NCBI GenBank assembly: GCA_051362555.1 | Contig: CM120641.1 | Span: 38,384,401-38,448,400 of the forward strand | Direction: 5' to 3' | Source of the DNA: Lingula anatina | Lineage: Eukaryota; Animalia; Brachiopoda | Length of the DNA: 64,000 nt | In this document: piece by piece, positions 26,924 to 41,860 of the stretch | Layout: every line of letters begins with the position of its first letter | Numbering within the stretch: the first letter of the stretch is position 1 | Translations under genes and position numbers: made by a program | Notes under the pieces: generated by a model | Told to the model about the DNA's origin: nothing | The model's database searches: none | The model's input: only the letters and a program-made list of their open reading frames with translations

Positions 26924-29900
26924 ATACAGTTTAATGTTTATTTCTCTTTTCTACATTTCTTGTTATCTCATAATGTTATTCAATTCTAGATAAATACATT
27001 ATTCAAATATAGGCAGTCTGACCTCAAACACCACAAAGTTTCAGAACACCTAGGGCAGCATAAAGAGTTTGAAATAGAAACATATCACTTTCATATTGTT
27101 GTGAATTTTAAAAAGCATCATGACCGCAACCCCAAAATAGTCTGGTTAACAGGTGTTAAGAGAGAGAGAGAGAGATTTGAAAACATTAAATGAAGGGGGA
27201 AAAGAGATTATGCATGTGAAAAGTTATTTAGTGATTGATATTCATTTCTAATTTTCTAATAGTAATTATTAAGATGTTTCATCATGTGTAGTAATATATA
27301 ATTCTTTGTAAGAATGGACCAGTTTTTCATATTTAGATTTTTAAAGAACTATCAGTTGGTCATTGAATAAAAGCCCTTTCTTCTTTGCAGCAATAGTATT
27401 TAGTCTTACTTGAAAGCTGGTCTATTTTTAAAGTACCAGTCTTATTTTGGTATAACTATAAAGGTGTACTACTCCTATAGTAGTTAATTAACTTGACTGA
27501 ATTGTCTCATTAGGTTTGCTAAGGTAGGATAGATGACTGAGGGTATATACATTTACCCAACCCAGGTCCCTAATGACAGTTCATGAATATAATTCTAATT
27601 AGGTGTATGTATGTGATTGAAAGTCATAGGAATATAATATAGCAACAGAGGACATTGACCTGTTGTAAGAGACTTAGAGGCTTTTTTGGTATTTATCTTG
27701 AGGATTATGCCAGGTGATCCTGATACATGTTGACCCGAAGCATACAATTGGTAGAGATAAAACATTCTATAAATAAGTAATGTTGCACTCTCGTGTATAT
27801 TAAAGCTTTAGGACATTGATCTTTTTAAACATGTTTTTTGTTTTGTTTTGTTTTGTATTTTAAACATGTTTTTTCTTTTAAAAAAAGCTTATATTGAGAT
27901 GATAGAGTTAAAAAAATTAATTTAAAAGATGTTTTTTATATGTTCAACACCCTTCAGATTGATGAAAAAATGCTTCCTGACTGTTACAACCAAAATATGT
28001 AATAACAATAATGAATTTGCCCTTTTTTAATTTATTTTAGGTGTACCTCTGCAAACAGTGGCTTATGGGGTGTTCAGAAGACAAAAGACAAAGATGAAGG
28101 AAAGGTACGTAAGTTGAAATGAAGAAAAGCACATCAAGTCACTCCTTGAATGTGTCAGTTGAGCTGAGGTAGCACAACCAGCAGCTGATTGCGTTTAACA
28201 CTGTGTGGGCAGATCGATCTGGACACTAGAGGGAGGCACTTTTGTTCTGATCTTCAAAAAGACAAATAGCTGATATCCGTTGTTTCAAAAGAAAAAAGAA
28301 ACTGTTTTCACTTATTTTCATGATTGAGAATTGTGCTGTGACCAGATTGTAGAAATAAAATATGTCAGTAGAAATTTTAAGAAATAATGGAAATTAAATT
28401 TTTACTTTCTGCAAATGTTTATGTAAAGTAAAAAAAAAAAAAAGTAGGTGGAAAACAAGGCAGCCCAATCCAACTTGTGTGCATACTTCTTTGTGTGAAA
28501 ACCAAGGAAGCAGCTAGCACCTCGGGATATTGTGACTGTCCCCTTTTCTCCCCACAATAGACCACTGGCGTCAAAGTGGTGTGAAGGTGAAATCCACCCC
28601 ATCTTCACACCATTCAGCTAAGCAAGGTGCAACACAGTAATCTCATCCCTCCTCCCTCCCTCTGATAACAAATGAGTTTCTTGCATGTGGCATTAAGACT
28701 ACAAAATTGCAACTTCTCAAACTCCATTGATGAGATGTTTAAAAATGATAGCCTCTTTTTACAGCTTGAGTGAAATCATTAGTAAATTTAGCACAGGAAG
28801 TTTTCTTAAATAGGTGATCAGTTGAAAGGTAATTTGAGGTGCACGAGCCCAAGATGAAGGAAACCTATAGCCCACCATTTCATTCAGGCTCTCACGACAG
28901 AGATAAACTAGGTTTATAATAATTTCAGAATCTTTCATATGAGACTGAAAATTGAGAAGGAGGTGTCGCCTTTGTTGACGATAGGGCAGGGTCCCCCTAT
29001 AAATCAACGTGAAGCAGCAGGACAGACAATAAGAATACAATAATGCTTAGACCTTCAAGGATATGGAGTTAAAATAAAAGATAATGCTGGCTCAAACATG
29101 GTTTAATCAAGTGTTCAGCAGGCAATAACTGGATGGTAATCAAGGTGCCCCTTGCTTTTACAAATCGGTGACCCCAACTATTGTGTGGAAACGGTAGTAG
29201 TTCATGTGCTTGATGTCAGATAATATTTGCGTTTGCACTAGCTCGGGTTGCATCCATTCAAGAGCTGAAGAGAGGACATAAACACAATGAATGAGTCATC
29301 CGCTTACTTCCATTAAAAAAAATACCAAAACAGAGACCAAACCACCAAAAGAGTACCAAATTAGCCATAAATACAGCATTTAGAGCTTTGAGGGCAGACA
29401 ACATTGCCACAAAATCAGCCACAACTCATTGTTGGACTCCTTTTCTGTGGCTGATGGATTTTGAGGAAGTGCAAGTTTAATCAACCAGCAAATATGGTCT
29501 AATAAAACTTGAATTTTTGCTCCTGCAATGTTTTGCCTTATCTGGGCAAGGAAATACATGCTTCAGCATGACATTACTGTAAGTTGATGTATTTTTGGTC
29601 TTCCTCCCTCCCACATGTATTGAGCCCTGGTGGTAGATGTGGGAGTTAGTGTATGTTTCTTTGCATGATCCTCTTAATAAACCTTGGTATTTCTTCAGTG
29701 GTTTAATTATAACCCTATAGACTTTTGTGGTTAAGGTCTCTCTGACCATGCATAGGACACATTCTTGTCCTGTGTTTCCTCTTTATTAATTAAAAGAATT
29801 TCCTTGACTGTCACTGGGCTGGACAACTTGTTCCTCCACCAATTGTTCCTCATGGCACACGTGGGCCATACTGATTAATGTGTGTGTTTTGAATATGCTA

Positions 29901-32900
29901 ATTTTTAATTGTCTGCTTGCTTTTAGAGGGACATAATAAATTAGCCCCTGGCATTGTCAACATAAAAGCAAATTAAATAGGTAAATGAAAATATTAAAGA
30001 CACTTTTCTTATTGAATTGGTCTTGAAAATTATTTGTGAAAATAGTGAAAAATGAGCTGATTGTGGGTAGTATTACAAATATACAAATATTTAGCTTGAA
30101 GAACTAATATATATTCCAATAGAAGAAAAAAGGGAATGATTCATATTGCCAAGATCTCTGCTTTGTGAAATATGACAAAATCTTGTATTAGTGTTTTTGT
30201 CTGACCACTGCTTTACCCAGTGAACCATCTTATCCAAAGAAAGGGTTTCTCTGCACTCTGGCTGTTTAAGCCTTTGTCAACTGGTATATGTTTGCAAAAC
30301 TCCTCAACAGCACTGGAAATGACATGCTGATCTGCCAAGAAGAAAGTATGACATGTACACAAAACAACTAGGTAGACACTTGAGAAATCTTTTTCACGGG
30401 TCTCTTCTAAAGAAATGGCGGAAATTTACTGCAGGATCATGGAAGATTAAAATCTGCTTTACATTGATGGAGTATTGTGAATCTTGCAAAGAAATTACTG
30501 TTTGGTTTAATCTAGATTTGGGATCCTTTTGTTCCACTTCATTCATTTCCACATGTGTGACCACACATACACACACTACCCTGTGCCTTGTCTCTCTCTG
30601 CAGAATAACCAAGGGCTTTCACATTTCTTTGCTAAAATTTAAAAAATGAGGATTTTCAGTAAGGGAGAAGGAATTACTGATACTACCTGGTGCCACAAAA
30701 CACATGCATTTTAAAAAGTTTCAGAAAGGAAATTAACATATATTTAATATTAACTTTCATTCTTTTTAAATCTATTTGTTGACCTTTTTTCTTTAGCTTT
30801 TACAGAAAATTGTGATATGCATTTGTAAAGTTTAACAGACAATGCCTTTTTTGATAAAAGATGGCCCACAGTCCCAAAACCTTCGGTGGCATGCACGAAC
30901 CCAGGCAAAGATTAAAGATTTCCACTCAACTGGTCCCTGTTACCCATGCAGTAATGGAAACAGCTACTCCAATAGAAAAAGAAAGACACAGATGAATTGT
31001 GCCAGGATTTACTGAGGCCCAGTCCCCAATTTATCAGCCACTGTACAATCAGGCGTAAACTTCCAGATTTAGAACTCCATAATCTGTTACCCAAGAAGGT
31101 GCAGTTGATGCCTTGGCTGAATTTAACATAAATCTTTTTTTGCCATGTCCGGTTCTTTTAAAAGGAGGTGTCATGTTAAACCAGGTATCTGAATTCTGGT
31201 TTCCTTTTCAAATTAGATAATGTAAGGACAAGTGATGTGTTTAATATTTTTTCCTTACAATAGATTTGATTAGGCAACAGTGTTTTGTAACATTGAAATA
31301 GTGATATTGTATCTGTTGTTGCTTCTGAAAAGTCTAGTTAAGTACCATACTGCTTTTAGTACAATTACAAGTAGAAAACAAAAAAAAAAAAAAGAACTTC
31401 AGGAACATTTTCATCAAATTAAATTTGTCATTCAGTTATCCTGAGGGTATAAATTGGTACATATAAACTGTTTTATCACTGTTTAATTGAGCAATATTTG
31501 TCAGCAATGATTTAATAAATGACAGCTGACTTACTTATTACTGTCATGTCTGAAGCATAATACAGTGTCATGTTGACATAGTTTGCTGAGCCAGGAAACT
31601 TTGTTCCCTATGTATTTTATCATCAAGTGGCATCACATTTATTCATTCACTGCGCATCCTTCTCTCAACGTTAAGAAGCCTTTTATCATGCTTCAAGTTC
31701 AAATCTAATGTAGATGTGGGGCAGTGGGAAGGCAGTGCAAGGTGCCCACAAGGGCAATCTGCAAGAAATGATTATACTAAATTAATTAAATTTCAACAAG
31801 GTGAAATTGCATGAGCACAATGTGTGTGTGGGTGTTTGTGTGTAGGTGTGTAAAGGTTTGTTTATAGAAAAAAAGGAACCACCCCTGAAGTCATGAAAGT
31901 CTAACATGACACCTTCCTAGTGTCCAGATGATGCAACTTCACTGTCATCTTACAAGTACTTATTTGACTGGACAGCGGTCATTATGACTTGGCCAGCAAC
32001 TTCAAAGGGTCATGCTATGGATTTGGCCATGTTTTCATTCAACCAAGGTATTATTGCATGCCTAAGCCAAATTTGAAATTGAATGTCTTTGTTTTGCACC
32101 CTGAAAATTTCAATCTGCAGATGTGTAATTGTCAGGGAGTGAGTTAAATTGACATGTGTCACAGGGTTTTATGGACATGCTACTGTCATTGATGGATGTA
32201 CCTACAGATTCATGGAGAGGTAAATAGTCTGAGCTACCAGTGAAACAGCTTTGAAAGTTTGACGTCAATAACCATTTACATCACATAGATTGCACTCGTC
32301 TTCATGTGCACATATTCCGTACACAAGTTTTCAGCCAGGGTCCGCCTATGTATCATTAGGAAACATATTCTATTTAAAATAAATTAACTATCTGGCAAGT
32401 TATGAAAGTGTACATACAAAAGATATGTATATATTTCCAGGGATAAGTGGTAGAATGATAGAATGGGTAGATAACTTGCACATGAAATTTTTGTAAAAGA
32501 ATGTGTCTGCTCAGAAAAAAAGGAAACAAAGCTTGGTCCATATACTTACTTTTTTTTTACTTTTTGAACACCAAATGGAAGAGGGTATAAGAAGATTAAA
32601 CAAGTCACAACATGGCTTCCTCCTCCAGCCAGACATCACTTTGAACTTGACAAACTGACCTCTTCTATTTGGACATTACTAACCCAGGACCAATAATAAT
32701 AATTGTCATGCCTGTAGGCAGCCCTCAAGGCCAAATATGAGGAAACTAGCAAACAGATATGAGTCAGTTTGTCAAGTATGGCAAAGTGAGGGTAAAATAT
32801 GTAACTAAGAATTATTCATAATTTATAATTTATTCATAATTTATAGGATCATTGTATAACCTATACTATAATGCTACCCCAGGCCAACCTTGTGAAACAA

Positions 32901-35900
32901 ATCAATTACCCACAATGCCCAAATGGTAGGATAATTGTGGATTTTGATTCTGCGCAATACAGTAGGTTAATATGCATATTATTTTAAGGTATCTGAGACT
33001 TAATGGTACAATGACTAATATGTAGAAATGTCTGTACACCTGCACACATACATGCATGCTGCACATGCATCTCAAATTAACACAAATGATTGATATTATT
33101 TTATATAATTGTCAGAAAGTTTTCTTTCTTACATAAGCTGTAAGTATAAATTAAAAACTGAGAAAAAGGTGTAGGTGTATAACATTTTAATCTACAAAGA
33201 TGCTGTTTGTTGAATTAATTCAAATTGTGTAAGTACTCTAATCTAGACTGCAGTCGACTATTTATTGTCAAACAGTCATACCATATGAAGACACAAAAAC
33301 AGTTAAACTTCCAAATGTTTTTCCGAAATAAATGTTTGTGTTGTTGCATTTCTCTTAGTAAAGGGCACACTTCAGTCAGTGTTAACCACTGCTGTTCATC
33401 AAAAAACCACGACAACAAGGAAAAACAACATCAAGGAAAAGTAAACCCCTGCAAAAAAGCCACCCATTTTTCTTCACTGGAGATACAAGGTATTGTCTGG
33501 ATTTATATTAGTCTGAGCTACGTGATGCTTTTAATCAATCAAAATGTAAATGTTTAAATTGTGGTAGCATGATTTCATCTGTTTTGGTCACAACCTTTTG
33601 AATCGAATCACCATCACAATACTGGACCTTGTGGACAAGGGGTATTTTAAGGATTTTCTTTATCTCTTGGTTTCCCACTACCAAATGTTCCATGCATATG
33701 ACCCGTTTAGTGTGGGTGATGATTAAATTAAACTTTTTATATTGTTTTGATGTATTATGGTGGTCATGTGAGATCAGTTGAAGAAAATTACTGAATTTGA
33801 GATTTAAAATACTAATGATATACCAGCTAGGAAGTGCAAGGTGCAAGCAAATATTCATTTTGTCCTTTTTCCTTTGTTTTAAGATATTTGAATATTTATG
33901 ATAATTGTTAAAGAATTTATGTACATTTATTTGTATTAAAATCCTTCATCATAGATGATAGTTTTATATAATCCTAAGATATTGAACACATGCCAGAAAA
34001 ATTTACAAGTCTTATTTAATCGTCTTGTGGACACCTCTCTCCTAGCCAATTAAGCAAAGATTAATAAATCAAACTTAACTTGAAAAAAATTTTTCAGTGT
34101 ATTTACAATTACATTTAGATTAAATACAACCGAAATGTGTAAAGCACAGTGTGCTCAAGAAAAAAAAATGGTAATGTTACGGCTGCTCTTGTCTTCATCA
34201 ATGTTGAGTATGTTAAAGGGTTATCACTGGCAGGCTTCCTTTGATGTGTGTTCTTAAACTGTGATGAAGGATAGGGCCAGTGAGGATAAGTGAAACATAT
34301 TGCAAGGATCTGCACTGTGTCATGCAATACAATCCTGGCTTGCTGGAGTAATTGTGAAAACTGGTTTCAGTGGAGGCAAATAACTTTTTAATGGAACAAC
34401 ATGTGGGCATTAAATTCAGCAGTTCAACTGTACTGTTTTATTTTGTAATTTTCTTTTCATTTCAATTCTAATTTTCTGTTATTTCCTCAGGAGGTTTTTA
34501 AGTTATTTTTATAAAACATAGGTCACGCCAGGTGCATAGTCATATCCAGCAATCTTAGTGCAAGTACCATACACGAAGTGGTATCAGAAACATATTAGGA
34601 TCTTAGATACATCAAGATAGTACTGTTCAAGATGTCCTGGGCCATTGACCACCATTACTTGTCATTAGTTTTCAATTTAACTGCATTTAAGTATGTCAGT
34701 AGAAACTTTAAAATAGTTACAGAAAGGACTGATGTACAAATTGTCCGAAAACATTTTTTGAGGGATGGTCACAAAGTAGACATCTAAGATGTCAACAGGT
34801 ACTCCAACCATATTGGTTGCCACACTAATCATAAGCCACAGTTACGTACTATTGATCCCAAATTTGTTCATGTTTAGTCTGGCTGACCACCTTGTCCTGT
34901 TTTTACCAGATATTCAGGTGTTTTAAGGAAATAAGCATGGGTTTTTTCCATTTAGTTTATAATGTTTTGTGTATATCTCTAGGATAAATTTGTCTGTTCT
35001 TCTTTTATTGTTTATGCTGTAAGCACTCTGGGTTGGTGAGCAACGGGACTGTTTTAGAGAACTTTGCAATTACATTATGTATTTAAAAATAACTAGTTCA
35101 TGATTTTGTTGATAACTTATTTGCAAATATAAAATGTGAAATTGAAGCAATGATTTGATAACATATAGTTCCAAAAACCATATCTGTCAAATACAATGCC
35201 AAAAAGTTTGCTTGCAGACTATAGTTAGTGGTTGTATGGTAAAGAATGTACAAGTTCAGTGTCGGGCACCAGTGCACTGACTTCCCAGTTTGCTAGCCCT
35301 CAGTCCCCTTTACTGGTTGACCACTTAACCGTGGTCTATTAACTCTAAACTCAGCCAGGTTGATAGTAATCAGAACATCATTCTTGATGATACTGATCAG
35401 TGACAGGGATCCCCCTGTGCAAACAGGCTTAATTCTGAAGGAGGAGAGCATGCCGATTCCACCAGCTCGGGCACAGGTTTTGTGTCAAGTGTCAGACACA
35501 ACATGAAAATTCAATAAGACGAACCCTTTGCGGCCTTTTTGATCCCCCCTTGACGGGATATTGTTTGATTTGTTTATCTGTATCATTTCAAGAGGGTGGC
35601 TGTAGCAGTGTGAAGTTATGGAGGAGGTGTGGTAAATAAAGTGCATGTGCTCAGCCTTTTTATGGAAAACTGAGGGAAAAGAAAGTATAAACTTTTTGTC
35701 CACCTTTGGCAAGTTAATTATTTGGCTTTGCTATTAAAAGGTACATGTATAAAGCTGTTGAATGATTGTTTGTATGTGAACCTTTAATCTTTTAAATTTT
35801 TTGCCAAGATTTTTGATATTTCAGACTTTCAAGTTCTGTTTTCTACTTTCTACTTTTCTACCCCCAATGAAAATCAAGAAAAGAAGATTATTTTGCAAAC

Positions 35901-38900
35901 TGATTTGCGGAGTCTGTGTGCTTGCCATAGAGAGAAGAGATAGGAAAATACAGATAATATTTAGGGAGAAAACATTGTAATAGCTAGAAGATGCAAAATT
36001 TAAAAACATAACAGGTTTAACTTTCTTTGTTTAGCCTCTGATTCATGCTTGACACCAAACCTGAAAGAGGAGAGTCTGATACACCCATGAAACTTGCCCA
36101 CAAGGCCAAAGTCATTCAAGTGAAAAACGTGCTAGTTTCCAATTTCAAACGGTGACCAAATCTTACATAGAAGGTAGACAAACTTTGGCAATTTACCGTC
36201 GCGCCAATAAACTGTTTGTCTTTTTTTAGTGGAGACTCTTAACCATATTAATTTTGAATCCAATTTTATCTCTAACAAAAACATCCCTGAGATATTTTAA
36301 TTTGATGGGCTTACTCAGTGGTTATATATTATTATGGAGGTCACTGATTTAGTTTGGGTTTTAGGACAGGGAACTGGATGGTGCCCTGGACAGATCCTGC
36401 TGGGAAGTATGTTTAGGTTGTGGGGAGATTGAAATAAAATTTTACTTGATGACTGGGCCACATAAGGCGAGATATGGTTTCCAGTCTTCAGCCTAGTTGC
36501 ATCTTCATCCTTATCTTGATAATCATACATAAATGTGGCTTCTGGTGTTTTGGTGGGTGGGTGGGGGCAGATTTTTGAAACTTTTGTGTTTTATTTTGTT
36601 TAATACATGTATATATGTGCATCCCTTACAAGTTTTACACAAACGCCTACGCAGTGGCAGCATTTCATATGTTTCCTAATGCACAGACATGTACTGGATA
36701 TCCTTATCTTCTGAATCATTCCATACAGTAATCTTCATCATTTGGATTGAAACTGGATGATTCTTTGAGTTAAATCTCTGAATGAGTGAGACGTCAGGGA
36801 TATATAGAACTAACAGTTGTGGGTGGGGCTATTTTTTGATAGTTTGATCATGTAATCACTGATAACAATGATCGTGTCTGAGTAATTGTTGTTGTTTGCC
36901 TGCTCAATGAGTATGGTGTGCCCCTGGTGAAAAAGAAAACTTTTAAATAAGGCTCCTGATTAAAAGGTTTGAGATTAGTTTCCTTTTGAACTTAATGACA
37001 GGATTTGTGTATTATTTACCTTACATGCAGCAGTCTTGAAATGGGATAGGGGTTTGTTTTGGGTTCTTTTTATTCCCTGGCAAAAATGTCACTTCTCTCA
37101 TATGCACTGAAAAGAGTGATGGAGAATAGAAAGATTGCTGGGTGAATGGAGGTGGAGGGAAAGCTGATCTGCCGTGGAAAGCTCCCTTTTCACGCCCTTG
37201 TGCCCCTGGCTTCTACTCTTTTCCTGTTTATCTGCCCTCAGCCATTGTAAGGCCTTTCTCTCCATGTCAGATGTCAAGCCTATTGAATTTTCCGGGGTGA
37301 ATACAAACTGTTTAAATTAAATTCTTAATGGTGTCTCCTTACGGGACTGCATCATTGAGATCTAGCACAATTATATTTGGCTAGTTTGCTCAGTCTTTTG
37401 TCTGCTGTTTGTGTCAGTGATTGGGGGTCTTGGTGGCTGTAATGCTACATTAGATCTGTCACTGCTTCAGCTTTAATCTCAGATAAGACCAGAGTAGCAC
37501 CCTCCAGTTAAAAGTTAGTTCAGTGCGGTATGTGGCCTATGTCCACTTAGACTGATCACATTATTTACACTGCTGGACCAAGATAGAAATAATATCTCCT
37601 GAGAGATGAAAGAAAGGTTTTTTGAATCTGTAAATGTAATTTGAAATGACTGTTGCCATAGCTTGTATCCAGAAAAATACATGAAAAACTTAAGAAACCA
37701 TAAAAAAGAAGATAGGATTTTGACTCTTATTTTATAAGGTAGAATAAGATATATTTTTTTCTCATTTCAATATTTATTTAAAAGCTCTTTTATTAAGTTG
37801 AAAATAAACCTTTGTCCCACCATAAACATACATTGTATACTATAAAACTTTTTTATAATAAAGATAGTTTGCATTAATTATTTGAACCCACTGCACCAGG
37901 TCCCATTCCCTGTGGTTCTAATACTGCTTTAATTTCCTGCCCTCACATCTCTGACAACCTCTCCAGTGGGGTTGACAAATGACACCTTTGCCACTGTGAG
38001 CGAGTGTTGTTTAGGGGTGTGCCGACCCAAAGAGAAAGGGGGGATAAGACTTGAGCACTCTGTAGGATTTCCGCCACTTGCTGCTGTCTTTGACTCTCTT
38101 TTGATGGTATAGTTAATCCATTTGTTGCTACCTGATGCAAAAATGGCCATGGTTTATTTCTACATTATCTGCAAGGTGTGAACATGCTTGGCTGCTTAAT
38201 TAATGCTTGCCTTTTTTTTCATATTTCCAGTTATATATACAGATTTTGCTTGAGGAAACCCATTAGTAAAGACTACTTGGAGACAATTAGACTAAATATA
38301 ACTTTTAAAAGTAGAATCATTCTATTTTTGGAAAGTTTAGAAACAAAGGATGTTGTGCATTACACTGAGAGATAAGAATAATAGTTCAAGCTCATTTCAA
38401 GTTTAAATTGATCATTAAACAGAAATTGCTCTACAATATTTTGGCATGATGCATCTATTACTGGAGGTACATGTATGATTTGGCAATTCTCCCCATCAAC
38501 TTAGAGTCAGTTGACCAGTTAACTACTCTATTTACCACAAAGCAAAAGATTAATCTTTCAAATTCACAAGAAATTGAATAGGGCTTACTAGTACTTCATC
38601 ATTTTCTGAAACTACTTTATAGTAGCTGGCTGGGGGTATATTTTCTTGTAAGGAAATTCTATCTTTAGACTAATGAACCAAAGGGTAAATAACATGGCAT
38701 TTGCCCCTCTATGCTGCTAAGGGAGTTCAGCGCAATTATTTTTATGAGCAAGCTTAACATACAAAAGTCTTTGACAACCTAATGACACAGTTCCAAAAGA
38801 GTGATATAGATCTACACATCCCATATCATCATTATAGCAGAGTATTACAATCTCAGTTTGCACTTCTGTCAAGTGTGTGACCCAAAAGAAGTTCTTTTCT

Positions 38901-39893
38901 GTTTAGGAAAAATACCAATACTTGACAAATTAAAATGCCAAAGAAGGGGATCAGATTTAATCACTGCCGTAGAATTTTTAATGTTTCAATGTGAATTCCA
39001 GTCTCCAGTAACGCAATTTTACCCATAAAAAAAAAAAAAAACAAGTTGGATGGGGCTCTTCTATCCTGCTTTTCATATCTTTCAACCTGAACTGTCTTAT
39101 TTTCAACACAGCCCAGGGAGTATAGGTTGGCAATATTACTAGCATATTTGATTATATCTTTCAGAGCCAATTTTGTGAATGGACATGAAAATTGACCTGG
39201 AAGCAATCTGATTGGTTATGGCAAGCTCTGGGTCACCGCCTGCAATGTGAAGCAACTGGCTGAGAGGCTGGCTGACTTTTACCCTGCAAACGAAACCATG
39301 CCCCCAGTCTGTTTACCCAACCTGTGAACTCAAGGTTAGTTTCATTGCACTAACACCAGTGCCTTTGGCTTTGTTTACGTTTTACGCTGCATTTCATAAC
39401 ATTTGATAATAGCAAATTTAATTCATTCACAGGCTTTTGGGGAAAAGCAACCTAATGCCTTTGTATACAGACCAATCAGTAAGATCTAACCCTTTCTCTA
39501 CCCCATCAAAGGATTTAAAAATACACAAAAGCTGAAAGTCAATGGATCCCAAGTTTACACACACAGATGCAATAAGAGGTTTGAAGTTTCCATTGATGCA
39601 TTTTTAAATTACAGACAACTCCAGACACAACTTTTTTGGATACTTTCTCTATCCCACCTATTTAGATTGCAGTTATATATATAACCTCTGCCTTATATTT
39701 TTGACTAGAATTCAAATATGGAAGATAACTTGGCAATAGGAAATGCTTCATTACCTGTATCTCCCTTTAACTTTTACTTCATCTTTTGAGTCCAACTAAC
39801 CCTCCCCCCCCCCCCACCCCCCCAAAAATATGGACTAAATTTGATAACTCATTTTAGATGGCGATTTCACCATCCCCTGTTCACATATATGCC

Positions 39894-41860
39894 TTTTTTT
39901 ATGTACAGACACAGATGTGTCTGTACATATTGCCATCACCTGCGTCTGTCGTCGCCGATCATGTCGCCGTCGCCGTCGCCGTCGCCGTGCACTTTCAGCG
40001 TTAACACCATAAGTGGAAGACAGTTTTACTTTTTGGTTTTATATTTACAGAGCTGACTAATATTCATAAAACGCAGGTCAAGTTCGAAAATCAGCATGAT
40101 CGGCCCATTATTGTAGAATTTATGCTGTTTTTTCACTTTTTAGCATATATGCAACACTGTTAACACATTTCAAGGAAAACCAATAGGCCTGTTGTCATGA
40201 AACTCACAGGAGTATTCAGTCTTACTAAAACGCAGATCAAGTTCGAAAATCGGCATGATCGGGCCACTATTTTAGTAGTTATGCTGTTTTTTCACTTTTC
40301 AGCATATATGCAACACTGTTAACACATTTCAAGGAAAACCGATAGACCTGTTGTCATGAAACTCACAGGAGTAATCCATCTTACTAAAACGCAGGTCAAG
40401 TTCGAAAATGGGCATGATCGGGCCACCATTTTACTAGTTATGCTGTTTTTTACACTTTTCAGCATATATGCAACACTGTAAACACAATATAAGAAAAACA
40501 GATGGGCCAATTGTCATGAAAGTCACAGGAGTGGTCAATTTTACTAAAATGCAGGTTGAGTTCGTAAATCAGCATAATCGTGCCATTATTTTAGAAGTTA
40601 TGCTGTTTTTTCACATTTCCTCAGATTCAATTTTTAGGCATGTTAACAGTCTCATTATTAAACTAATAAGATACGTGAAAGTGTTTGTTTGACATTTCCT
40701 GCATCTTTACAACATTGTTAGTTGATTTTGTAAAAATGATGGTAAACATGTTATCGTGTATTGTGTTATAAAGTGTCAAAAATGGAAATAAACTCATATC
40801 ATTGCAGTTTGTCAGATTGAATCATTCACTATGTTCAGAATCTCAGAATGGAAGAAATTGGACATTTAACACTGCTTTATTGATATTTTTCCCATCTCAT
40901 CAATTTTCTTAGTTGATCATATAAAAATGGCAGTAAACTGTTAATTTTGTTTTATGTTAAAATTTGTTAAAAATGGAAAAAAAATTTCAGAACAGTGCTG
41001 TCTTGTTTACATTTTGGCATTTTCAAGTTGTGACTTTGAAGTTCCATGGGCCTGAAGACCTTTGCTAGTCACATTTTCTGAATATCCATGATACTAATAT
41101 TTTATTATTAAAAACTGATGGTCATTATGCTGTTAAAAATTATGTAATATTGCATCAAAATTTGAAAAAAACCTAATTTGGGCACTGCTCCCATGATGAC
41201 CATTTAAGAAAAACCATGTCAATTACTGTTCTCAAACAGTACAGTAAATATATATAAATGTGTCTGTACATATTGCCATCACCTGCATCTGTCGTCGCAG
41301 TCATCGCCGGCGCCGGCGCCTTGCACTTTCATTGTAAACATGATAAGTGGAAGGCAGTTTTACTTTTGGGCTTTATATTTATAGAGCTGATGAATATTCA
41401 TAAAACACAGGTCAAGTTCGAAAATCAGGATGATCGGGCCATTATTGTAGAAGTTATGCTTTTTTTTTTCACTTTTCAACATATATGCAACACTGTAAAC
41501 ACATTTCAATGAAAACCAATAGGCCTGTTGTCGTGAAACTCTCAGGAGTAATCGATCTTACTAAAACGCAGGTCAAGTTCAAAAATCGGCATGCAGCCCG
41601 AGTTGGAAAAGTCTAATTGGCTTCTTTTTCTGGAAGTTATACATTTTCAAAGTGTGAACTTGAACTCTCATGGGCCTGAAGCCTTATGCTTGTTACACAT
41701 TTTACTTACATTGGTATTACCTGTTGAGCATAATTAAAATTTGATGTTGAATTTGCAGTTTAACATAATGTACTTTTGCATCAGAATTGACAGTAGCCTA
41801 TTTTGTGCTTAGTTATTTCCTGCTTTTTGTCTGTACATTTGACAGCTTTGCTGCCTTGTT
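39894..41860 (+). mobile_element. Non-autonomous Helentron-associated (HINE/DINE-1-like) element, tandem dimer with internal ~159-bp tandem repeats
   Basis: Starts in a T-run with a 14-bp inverted repeat hairpin tatgtacagacaca-ga-tgtgtctgtacata (39900-39929). Followed by a (cgccgt)n microsatellite and ~159-bp repeats (anchors at 40071, 40230, 40389, 40549). Second unit starts at 41259. Ends with 3' subTIR tgtctgtacat (41828-41838), short palindrome gacagc-ttt-gctgcc and ttgtt. CpGs are retained. Confidence 0.8.
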
